From Macrostomum hystrix (taxonomy: Eukaryota > Animalia > Platyhelminthes): a DNA stretch of 64,000 nt. Of the stretch, positions 11,711 through 22,703 are shown in pieces. Below the pieces are notes generated by a model that saw only the letters and a program-made list of their open reading frames with translations, was not told where the DNA came from and did not search any database. The stretch is from positions 310,001 to 374,000 of the forward strand of contig CATNEN010000032.1 in assembly GCA_950097015.1 (NCBI GenBank). Direction: 5' to 3'. The position numbers and the translations under genes are program-made. Numbering within the stretch: position 1 is the stretch's first letter; the number at the start of each line of letters is the position of its first letter.

Positions 11711-12468
11711 TGATTAGGCAGCAAGACAACAAAGAAGTCCAGACTAAAACCTTAGTCGTGTCGAAAAACAGAAGCTGTTATTCTGTCTATTTTTATTGAA
11801 ATAATCAAGTTACAAGCAGCGTACGCAACAGATGCTACTGGTAGTAATTAACCAGGAATACCCCTGTTAGGAAACTTTAACAGGAACGACTATGAATAAG
11901 AATTACTGGAGAACTAACATTTTTTTAAAGTCACAATAAGCGAAAGTTTGTTACTTAATTGCAAAGATTATTAGTATTTTCACCGAGTATTCAAACAATT
12001 CTACTTGGATGAATAGGTCTTATTAAATATGCTTATTTTAAAAAAGCAGAACGTCACGAGTTTCGAGTTCCGAGTAATTAGCAATTTTATGCTATACTCG
12101 TACAAAAAAACGTTTCACAATGCTTGTACGAAATTATGATAAGCATTAAGATACAGAACTTGCAGACAGAATGTCAAACATTTCCTGTTTAATACATAAG
12201 TGACACATTATTCCCTCAGTTACTGCTCAGAGGGCCTTGGATCCAGGTCGGGTTTGAGGCTAAAAAACTATCCTATATATATCGAAACAATCGTATGTTA
12301 AGTATAATATTTTTTTAAAGGATCAGTCAGTTGGATTCTCGGTTGAGTTAGGCCGATATGTATTGAAATAGTTGTAGTTAGTCGTAAGGGTTACGCTTTT
12401 CGAGTTAGTCATTAGAGACATATAGCCAAGATTAGCAAGTGAATCATTACAGTTCGTTAAAATTAATG

Positions 12469-15400
12469 TCACTCAGTATCTTCGGTCAGAACTTCCACGA
12501 TGGTTGCCTCCAGCCAGTCGGCGACGTTGCTACCGACGTTGCCAGCGACGACGCCGCCGCCGCCACCAGCGCGAGGCGGGGCAGTCCTAGAGCAGAAGGC
12601 TTTGACAAAGTCTCGCATACCGCGAGCCCGCAGTTTAGCTTCAGGCAAACTGTACCGATAATGCTCGCCGGGCTGGCACAGGCGCAGCCTGAGTCGATAC
12701 CAGAACAAAGACTCCAGCAGGGCGGTGTTAAGCAGCTGGCTGCACACGACATCGCGCGGCGCCTGTTTGGCCAGAATCTCATAGCCGCCGCAGCAGGAGA
12801 CGAATGCGAAGTAGTCCCGATAGTGGAACAGGGTGTCCACCAGGCGGCGCATGCTGTGATAGGTGGCCATATGCTTGTCCGTGAGCTGGCGGCGAGCGGG
12901 TTGGAGGGAGAGGAACAACCAGGTTTTTTATTTATATATTAGTGCCTCACCCGATATGTATTGAAAAACACAAAAACTACGCAATAGCTCCAAACGAATA
13001 TTCATAGTAATATACTACGCTAATTCACATTGAGGGATTGTGTCGGGCTGAACAAGGGTGATGTGTGGCACAGCGGTTAACGCGTTTATCTCTCGCACCA
13101 AGGTCCTGAGCTCGATTCCGCGATGAGGCTACATTAATTTGGGCCGCAGCCGCGTAGAGAAGGCTTGGGGGCTTGTCGTGCATTTACGCCCCTTGAGGGC
13201 CAAACCCCAAGGCACAGTGAAGGCGTACACTGCCTGACGATGAGAAAGTCAGGGCAGATTTACACACCTGTGTGAGCCTGTGCCTCCTCGCTGGCTGCTG
13301 GCCTCCCAAGTGTCATAAAATAATGTGCCATTGCCCGTAGTCCTCCTGCAATTATTATTTTAACTATTATTACGTTGGAACAAGTCGGAGTCATTCTACT
13401 CGCTGCGCCGATTTCCATTTTGATCTTGATTCTCAACCAGATATGTTTTGAAAAACAAAAAGTTGAATTTTTACAATAGAGAAGATGGACACTACACCTA
13501 GTCCAGCACTAGAGAATAAAATGCGCCACAGGTTTAAGCTCCCATTCTAACGAAAAGCTTTCAGAAAAATGACACATTCCCATCCAGAGGACTCCCAGAA
13601 GACTCACAACAACAGCGTGGCTAGGCCTAATATCCAGCGGCTCCCTGTGGCACTGCATCAGGGCGGTCAGGCAGTCGCGTTCGAAGGCGCGAAACACGCC
13701 GACCCGCCTAGAGAACTTTTCACAGCTGGCGTCAGTCCAACTGGTCACCAGGGTGATGTTTTTGAGCACAGTCTCCAGCCCGGGCTCTACGACAATCTCA
13801 GAGGCGATGGTTTTTATCTCGGCGAGAGCAGCCAGCAGGGAACGCATGTAGGGCACGCTGAGCTTGGACCGGCGATCGCCAACGATTCTCTCCAATATGC
13901 CTGACCAGAATTCGTTCAGTGTAGCGGACAGCGTGGCCAATGCGACCGGCACAGATTCGTCAGTCGTGGCCAAGTATTCGACAACTGCTTGGTACAGCAG
14001 CGAGCCGGAGAATATGCTCCAGCCGACAAAGCCGAACCGACTGGCCCACATGGCCAGGGCGCCGGCTTTGGAAGCTACGTCCGGATCCACACTGCTCTGA
14101 ACGGCCTTGATGTCAATCGAAGCGCTGCTGCTGTCGTGGAAGCCGCCGCCGTCGCCGTCAGTGGTCGCTGGCTTGGATGTCGGCATGAGAGGGCGATGAA
14201 TGCTGAACTCCAGCAAGCCGTAGCGCCTACCGAGGCGCCAGTCGAGGTGACGATCGGCGAACGCCGCCGAACTCACCGTCGCCTCCGGCCCGTTGTCGAC
14301 AATGTCGGCTTCAAGCCTGACGGTGTAAGCCGGCGCAGCAGGTTGACGACCGCGGAATGCGGCTAGGCAGATTCGTCTTAGGTTGCTCTCGTCCAGGATG
14401 CCTGGCGGGACGGTGGCAGCCGACAACAGCTGTCGTCGAAGCTCGGACTCGGAGGGCCAAATCTTGGAAATGGGAGTCTTTGTTGCCATGCAACAGAGAA
14501 CGCCGATTTCTAGACCGGAATTGACGCAGGCCATGCCGTGAGACCATTCCGTTGTGCCGCGGCAGCGCGTCAGGGTCTCGTCAATTAGGAGACGAATAGG
14601 CAGCGACGTCGACTCAGACGGCGAGGCAACAAAGTCAGCGACGAGGTGACTGATGCTGAGGCGGTTGCGACGCAACCAGGCAGCGGGCGGCTGGCCGCGG
14701 AATTTCAACAGCTCCTCGGCGACAGAGTCGGGCAGAGCGTCGGTCTTTGGATCGCGCAGGGCATCGTCTCGATCGTCGCCGAGCAGCTGACCGAGAAGAT
14801 CTGGCTTATCCGAAGATTCCAGCAGGGACTCGGCAATAGCGTCCAAAATTGGCCGGACTTGATCGGCCGAGTCGAAGGCTTCAGCGAATGAGCGAGCTTC
14901 GTCTAGGCGACGATGAATATCCTCGGCTGCTGTTAGGCGACGACGCGAATACGGGGTCAGGTTGAGCATCACAAGGCACTCGATGAAGCCGGCAGCCAGA
15001 GCTGGTCTGACGTACGCGATGACGGCGGCCTTGGCTTCGGCGGCAGCTTTGGCGGCAGCCTCAGCCTGAGGATCAACAGGGGCGTCAGGATTGAATTCGG
15101 CCGGCAGTTTCGGAGCCTCGTCGCTAGTTTCATCGCTGGTCGGTTCGACAGCTGCGGCCTCGTCGGCGCCGGTGCTTTCACTGACGTCGGCGCCGGTGCT
15201 TTCACTGACGTCAGCGCCGATGCTTTCATTGACGTCGACGCGTTTTTCCTGAACCCTCGGTTTCGGCCAAGAAGCAGATGCGGCAACAGCGGCGGCCCGC
15301 TTGCGCTCCAGGTCGCGAGGGGGATCGGCCAGAGCGGCGCGCACCCTGGCTATGGAGCGCTCCAAGTGCCAAACTGCGGGCGAATCCTCGCTGTCGTCCA

Positions 15401-16689
15401 CTTTCACATTCGCAGCGTAGGTTAAGAAGCAGGCGGCTATGGAATCTCGCACACCGGAAACCACATTATAGGGCAGCGGGATGGTCCGCAGACTGGGCAG
15501 TTCAATCTTCGACTCCGTCAGTTGGGGCAGCTGCTTCAGCAGCGCCGGCAGGAGGTCTGGCGCCTCAGTCCAGTCGATTGATCGGCAGGTGGTTGCTCGG
15601 TTGAGCTGCGGCGGTGGCAGACGCTCGGACAGGGCGGCGAAGTTCTCGGCTAATAAGCCGGCAGATGCGGACAGACGGAAGCCGAAATCCTTGGCTACGC
15701 GGTTGACTTCGGTAAGGCCGATTCTGATTGGACGGAGAGACGGCATGGCGCCGCCGCCGCTGGACCCGCCGCAGTGCTGAACTGGCAGATGGCGCACCTG
15801 ATGAATAAGGGATGAATTAAGGGGCCGTTGGCAGAGCGGTCTTACACTCGCACCAAGGTCCCTGAGCTCGATTTCGCGGCGAGGCCACATTCATTTGGGG
15901 CGCAGCCGCGGAGAGAAGGCTTGGGTGCTTGTCGTGCAATTTACGCCCTTGAAAGCCAACCTCCAAGGCACAGTGAGAGTGTTCACTGCCTGACGGTAAG
16001 AAAGTCAGGGCAGATGTACACACCTGTGTAAGCGTGTGTCTGGGTGTGTGTGTGCTCAGGAGTCAGCGAAATGGGCAGAATTGACTCCTTGCTGGCTGCG
16101 GGTCTAGTGTCACGACTAGAAGTGCCATTGCACGCAGCCCTCCGGCAACTATTTTTATTACCTGATGAATGAGCAAGCGGCTGAAGCAGGCAGACATCAG
16201 GTCCACCGCGACTTCGGTGTCGCCAGCATCCGGTGGAGCGTCATTCGCATCGCCATCGGGATCGGCCAGCAAGCCAGCCAGGCAGCAGCTGAGGCGGTCG
16301 GGGCTGGCGGCTAGGAAGCGGCAGAACGCGCCCGGCCTGGCGACTAGTCGAATTGCGTCGGCGCTGAAGTCCAACAGACGGGCCTTGACGCCGGCCAGCA
16401 GGTTGGAGTCGCCATCGGCCGGTCCGACCAGGTCAAAAAAAGTCCGATCCGTTGCGGGCCGGAGCTCCGATGAAGCCAGCAGTCTTGGACGCTTGGCCGG
16501 AGCGCCGCCACCGCCGCCGCCGCTTCCGTTTTGCCTAGCCAAAGCTGCCTTGCCGCCAACATCTTCTTCATCGTCGTTGGAGACGGTCGGTTCGGCTTTG
16601 CGCTTCTGACCAGCGGCAGTCGCCGGCTGGCTGTCGGTCTCGGCTGACAGCGATTCAGCTTTCAATTCAGCATCAGCTTCTTCGGACAT
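12469..16689 (-). CDS. Uncharacterised, mostly alpha-helical protein, ~1044 aa, 3 exons, with an acidic/basic N-terminus (NLS-like KRK, KRPR)
   Basis: Exons 16689-16162, 15797-13608, 12885-12469; GT-AG, all phase 0; long GC-rich ORFs; putative AATAAA at 11792-11797. Family not recognised. Confidence 0.75.
13056..13372 (+). mobile_element. SINE family 1, copy B (intronic, internal deletion)
   Basis: A/B boxes, shared body, (TTA)n tail, possible GAACAAG target-site duplication. Confidence 0.85.
15821..16159 (+). mobile_element. SINE family 1, copy C; makes up essentially the whole 364-nt intron 16161-15798
   Basis: Full-length copy flanked by the 11-bp direct repeat ACCTGATGAAT (15796-15806 and 16160-16170). 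Confidence 0.9.
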
Positions 16690-17725
16690 TGTTTAGCGCA
16701 ATTTCCTGGCTAGCTATTCGTTTAACTGAAAAGTACCAGGAATAACTTTTTAATAATTGTTCAGACTTATCCATTTTTCGCTACATATCGGATGGGTAGG
16801 GACATGTCAAGATTCAAATGATTATTCTCGTCTTTTCTCTATAAATATCGTCTCTAAAAACCAAGTCGTTTAAATGATGTAAAAGCAGTTTTAACAATGT
16901 CACTTGCTAAAAATAGGGATTTCGACGATATAAATGTATCGTTAGCAAATTAGAGTTTATTTAATACAGAACTGTAAGCAATACAAATCACGCTGAAAAT
17001 GCCTCATTAATAACTAATTAAGCACAAAATTTCATTATACAAAAATCGCCATAAAAAATACAATCAATTGTAAAAAAAATTTGATATAATTAGCAGAGAG
17101 CATTGGTCGACGAGAAAGAATACAAAGAAGAGGACACAAAAATGACAATGACATAATAAAAGACGAGCATGGCACAATAAGCGCCAACAGTAATATTTTC
17201 GGGCTAATTAACTGTGTAAACTGGGTTGATTGAATGAATATTCATTAAAAAGCGCACTTAAAAAAAAGCGGTGTCCGACAATAAGCGGAATTAAAACTGT
17301 ACATACACTACTTCAAGTAGCAATATGTGCAAGTAGAATAAAAGATAACTAAAAAATATAATCATTTTAGAAGATGCATAGCTTATTTAATTTTATGAAA
17401 CAAAAACTATTACGTTTTTTAAAATTCACAATAATACGAATAAATTATTTAGCACAGCAACAAAAAATCGGTGTGAACAAAATGAGACGATATAAAAAGT
17501 ATTTCAGTAAGTTGGCTGGAGTCAATGATAATGTATAATCGAAATAATTATTTAGCAACTTCTTCGCTTTAACTAAAAATGCGTTGAATATTGTAGGTGC
17601 ACTACTTACAGTAGGAATTAGGTTTGTAATACTACCAAGATAAATAAGGCCTATTCGCAAAGCATAGAATCGCCAATGTATATTAAAAATGCATCCCAGA
17701 GTCGGATTTTAATCGTAAAATCAGG

Positions 17726-18505
17726 GATGGGGCAAATAGGACGCAGAATGGGATAAGAAACTGAAGGATCGGGTTTTGGGATACTGGACAAAATGGGATA
17801 AGAAACTGAAGGATCGGGTTTTGGGATACTGGACAAAATGGGATAAGAAACTGAAGGATCGGGTTTTGGGATACTGAACAGAATGGGATAAGAAACTGAA
17901 GGATCGGGTTTTGGGATACTGGACAGAATGGGATAAGAAACTGAAAGATCGGGTTTTGGGATACTGAACAGAATGGGATAAGAAACTGAAGGATCGGGTT
18001 TTGGGATACTGGACAGAATGGGATAAGAAACTGAAGGATCGGGTTTTGGGATACTGGACAGAATGGGATAAGAAACTGAAGGATCGGGTTTTGGGATACT
18101 GGACAGAATGGGATAAGAAACTGAAGGATCGGGTTTTGGGATACTGGACAGAATGGGATAAGAAACTGAAGGATCGGGTTTTGGGATACTGGACAGAATG
18201 GGATAAGAAACTGAAGGATCGGGTTTTGGGATACTGGACAGAATGGGATAAGAAACTGAAGGATCGGGTTTTGGGATACTGGACAGAATGGGATAAGAAA
18301 CTGAAGGATCGGGTTTTGGGATACTGGACAGAATGGGATAAGAAACTGAAGGATCGGGTTTTGGGATACTGGACATAATGGGATAAGAAACTGAAGGATC
18401 GGGTTTTGGGATACTGGACAGAATGGGATAAGAAACTGAAGGATCGGGTTTTGGGATACTGGACAGAATGGGATAAGAAACTGAAGGATCGGGTTTTGGG
18501 ATAAT
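17726..18505. repeat. 45-bp minisatellite (atgggataagaaactgaaggatcgggttttgggatactggacaga), ~17 units
   Basis: Direct periodicity. Confidence 0.95.
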
Positions 18506-18591
18506 AGAGAGAATCAGCCAAGGATTAGAAGCTAGATGCCCTCAGTAACCAATAGATTAATTAGTTTCCATTTGAAAGGCTTATCGGCAGC

Positions 18592-20848
18592 TCAGATCTC
18601 CGAGCAGCGCTTTCCAGTGGGCGGATACGGGGCGGTCACGAGACCCGGCAGGCGAGCGTAGGACAATGGCTGGCAGGGATTAGCAGCTGAAGCGGCGGAG
18701 CCTCCTTTCAGCGCAGCAGACATTGTTGTCAAAGTAGCCGTAGCCGTTGACGGCGCAGCTGTAGTCATAGTGTAGACACCGCGACTGCCACTATTGAAGC
18801 CAATCTTGGCCAGTAGGCCGGTTAGTTTACGGAAGCCGCCAACCACTGCGTGGGTCCTGGAAGGCGGCGGCTGCTGCTGCTGCGGGCGGTGGCGTGTACT
18901 GTTGTTGGTATTGTTGCCACTGCGTAACTGCCGATTGAACACATCCGAGAGGCGATGCGGCGGCGTCAACAGCACCTCTTGCTGCAGCTCCAGCGCTATT
19001 AGAGGCGACGGCGCCGCCAATGTCGGAGCCGGAGTGTTGCGCCGAACTGGCGTCGAAGTTGACGCGGTAGACGGTGAATAAGTCGCCGGCGTTAACGGTT
19101 CATCAGCGGCGAAATTGTTCGATTGGCCAGGATGATCCTGATGTTGATCATGACAATAATAGAGCAGTTGGTGAGTGTTATGCGTGAATCAGAGCCTATA
19201 TGCATAAGTCAGCTTTCCCATGTCTCACGTCTCCCTCATCTCTCTACTGTCTTATCTCTCCACTGTCTTATCTCTCTACTGTCTCATCTCTCTACTGTCT
19301 CATCTCTCTACTGTCTCATCTCTCTACTGTCTGATCTCTCTACTGTCTCATCTCTCTACTGTCTGATCTCTCTACTGTCTGATCTCTCTACTGTCTCATC
19401 TCTCTACTGTCTCATCTCTCTACTGTCTCATCTCTCTACTGTCTCATCTCTCTACTGTCTCATCTCTCTACTGTCTCATCTCTCTACTGTCTCATCTCTC
19501 TACTGTCTGATCTCTCTACTGTCTCATCTCTCTACCGTCTCATCTCTCTACTGTCTTATCTCTCTACTGTCTTATCTCTCTACTGTCTCATCTCTCTACT
19601 GTCTCATCTCTCTACTGTCTCATCTCTCTACTGTCTCATCTCTCCCTGTCTCATTTTTCTGGTGTTTCATTTCTTTTTCTAATACCTTTCCCGTGTCTCA
19701 CCTCTGTGTCTCATCTCTCCCCCTGTTAAATGCGGCCCGCTCAGGTCTTTCGAATCCTTGCTTTGAAAACCGCGAGGTACATAGGATTAGCAAACCCTGA
19801 ACTTAGGCAATCAGCCTTTATAGAGGCAAAAGGCACAAACCTTGCTGCCTAGCTGCTGCTGAGAAGGCAGATCGAAGCGAATGCGTCGGCGAGGCGGCAC
19901 AGCAGACGCCACAGAATTCGACAGTTCAGCCGCGTTGTTCTTGTCGTTGGCTGGAGCTGCGGTGGCGGCGGCGGCTGTTGTTGTTGGAGTCGCCGCAATG
20001 AACGAAGCCGAACAATTACCCGCGCCCCCGCCGAGGCCAAACAATTTCAGCCGTTTCCTTCGCCCCCTTACATCGTCGGGATCTTCCAGTTCGCGACGCT
20101 TAGCTTTGCGTCTAGCGGCCGTCAGCTCGTCGGCAGCGGAGCAGGGCACGCTGTTGCTGCCAGCGGCAATGCGGCTATTCAGCAGTCTGGTCAGTTTCTC
20201 TCGCAGGCGGGTCACAATGCGATCGAGCTCCGTGTTGATGACGGATTCCAGCAGGCGATGACCAACAATGGGATGCAGAGGAGCCGAGGCGGCGGTCAGC
20301 ACGTTGACAGACATGTCACACCAGCGATGCCAGGCGGCGCGAATTGTGTCAACGCTGGGTGGAGACACCATCGACTTGTTCAGAGAGTCCGACATGCACA
20401 GCTGCAGCTGCGGCTCCAGGGCCACCTTTGGAAATGTGCGGAATGGTTCAGAGAGCAGTCGGTAATATGTTTAGCAAATAGCGGACTGCAGTTTCATCTA
20501 GAACACATTGCATCTCTACATTTCCCCTACGCCCACTTTTCCCAGAATTTCTCTCTGTCGTGTCCAACGTGTCCCGCATTTCGTGCAATTAATTCGCACC
20601 TTGACAAAACAGTGCACCAGAGCGGACACAACCAATCGCCTGCACTCGGCCTGAGTTGGCGCGGCGGCCCGCAATTTCTGCAGACTCTGCCGCACGGCGC
20701 TCATCATGACGGCGCGAGTCTCCGGTCGAACCTCGTCTGGCAGTTGAAACCATTCAACGGCCAGCATTGGCAGAAGATCGGCCAGCAGGTCTCTAGGCAG
20801 ACTGCGAAGCTGATTGAAACTGTCATCGTTGCTAGCCGCGGAGTACAT
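18592..20848 (-). CDS. Uncharacterised protein, ~459 aa, 3 exons (helical N-half, bipartite NLS-like RRKAKRR...RRKRLK, S/T/P-rich tail)
   Basis: Exons 20848-20600, 20425-19841, 19137-18592; GT-AG, phase 0. Start codon uncertain (upstream acceptor near 20915). Confidence 0.7.
19225..19648. repeat. 16-bp minisatellite (tctctactgtctcatc), intronic
   Basis: Direct periodicity. Confidence 0.95.
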
Positions 20849-20987
20849 TTCTGTTCCTCGACGCTTTGCGACTCTACTTTTCAATTTCACAACGTTTAAA
20901 AGTTCATTTCTTTGACCCGCGACTGAAATGAGAAAGCATATTGTGAGGCAAACTATAGCCAAAGTTTTAGGAATTAAAATTTAACAA

Positions 20988-21259
20988 GGGGTTGTAGCCC
21001 AGTGGTAAGAGCGTCGGACTCACGACTTGAAGGTCGGGGGTTCGATTCTTGACTTCACTGGAAAAATTTTTATTCTTTAGCTCTTAACTCTGCGTGTGCT
21101 TCAGTTCACCCAGTAACAGAATTAGGTGGGGTAATTGAGGGTGGGTGTGGCGTGCCCTAGTCCATGGACTGAACAGCCGTAAGGGAGTCTTCAGATGCGT
21201 GCTGTTGGCTGCACATCTGGCTTAATTGGGGCAGGTGTAATCAATTACTATTATTATTA
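20988..21259 (+). mobile_element. SINE family 2 (tRNA-derived, CORE-like centre), copy 1
   Basis: A-box TAGCCCAGTGG, B-box GGTTCGATTC, (TTA)n tail, AATTTAAC target-site duplication. Confidence 0.85.
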
Positions 21260-22059
21260 ATAATTTAACTAAACTCGACAATAGTTTTGTAAATAGCAGA
21301 AAATAATATCATCAAAGAAACATTTTATCTTCCAGAAAAAAACTATTGCAGTGTATGAATTTTGTTGCATTATTTTACCAACAAAAAACTTTAAACGGCG
21401 CATAGAACAGAATTCCTTCAAGCCCGATTCAGTATCTCACATTTTCTTTGGAAAAAAAAATAACTTGACACGTGTCGGGAATTGATGGTACAAAAATGCG
21501 AAACAATACGTCACCGAAACGGTCGTAAGCAAGAGTGTGTGAGTTGCAGAATTAACAAATAAAAATGATGTCAGCAGAACAAATGCTATGTGTTTTATCG
21601 TTTATCAAATGCCAAGTTTTGTTGCACATAAACTATTTAAAAATATGATAATGAGCAGGCTAGTTTGTTAGTCCATGCTCCGCATAAAAATAAACTAACC
21701 ACAACTGCAGCCGCTTTTGCAGATCACACTGAAAAGTGGTATAATGATTTAGCTGGTAGTATGCACAGCGAGATACAGCTTTAACCATTCAAAGGCTTCA
21801 TGTGATTGGAAGGCAGTGTGATGTGAAGTCTTTGATTTGTAGACCCGATACTAATTAAAGAATTTGATGTAAAAAATTCAAACCTAATTTCTAATTACAA
21901 TTTTAACCGCCAGTAGAATAGTATGAAATGTTTTGCCATAAAATGCATTGAAATTGGCGGCACAGGGTGGTGTTATAAAAATAGACCCAAGCAACCAAGC
22001 TTCAAGAAAAAACACTCTTAACAGTAGGACAACCAAGCCATTTGCCGCCCGTTTTTATA

Positions 22060-22604
22060 CCAAGGGGGGGAATTCCCCCTCCCTGAAAATTTTTTTGCCA
22101 GCGCCTGAATGCTTTGGGGGTGACTGATTGGTTGACAGACTAGTCGAGGGTGTCCTGTGGTTGAGCTGTGCCTAATAGTTAGGCTTGAACAGTGAAATTG
22201 GAGAAATTCGCGTCAGGGTGTCCATAGTGGCCTAGTTCCACCTGTTGTAGCTCTTGAAGGTTTAGATAGATAAAAGAGATAGATCTAGATAAAGGTCGGT
22301 GACCGCCGAAGTCGGAGATAATGCAAGCACATTCGGGTGACATGCTGATAAAGTTTGAAGGTCTGGAAAGGCCGCACTGAGGCGCAGTGCGAATTCGTGT
22401 ATAGGGGTGTATGAAATACACTAGCTCTTATGGGAAAAATCGGACCTTCGGCCAGAAACATTGAATATCTTGACGGTCTGAAGAGCTGGCGACTTGTTTC
22501 TTGTTTCAGAAGATGCGCAACAAAAAGTTGGCCCGTGTTCTTGAGTTTCGTGTGCTTGCATTGTTCCGTTCGGGTGCAGCAAAAAAATTGTCCCCCCCCC
22601 TTGG
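22060..22604. mobile_element. Putative MITE with imperfect TIRs (CCAAGGGGGGG...AATTTTTTTG) and TA flanks
   Basis: TA|CCAAGGGGGGG at the left end, CCCCCCCCCTTGG|TA at the right end, no coding capacity. Confidence 0.5.
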
Positions 22605-22703
22605 TAGTTCTACTGTTAATTAACTATCTGGCATGTAAAACTGGCAAAAACAGAAAAAATTACAACTGAAATCGAGGCTGATCAATGCAACTATTCATCA
22701 GAA

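Noticed and set aside
16063-16689. Virilizer/VIRMA identity for the 1044-aa protein
   Set aside because: Only a vague resemblance over one helical segment; not enough to name it.
17445-17720. Short AT-rich ORFs faintly resembling a LINE RT C-terminus
   Set aside because: No convincing RT motif or tail; cannot be supported without a search.
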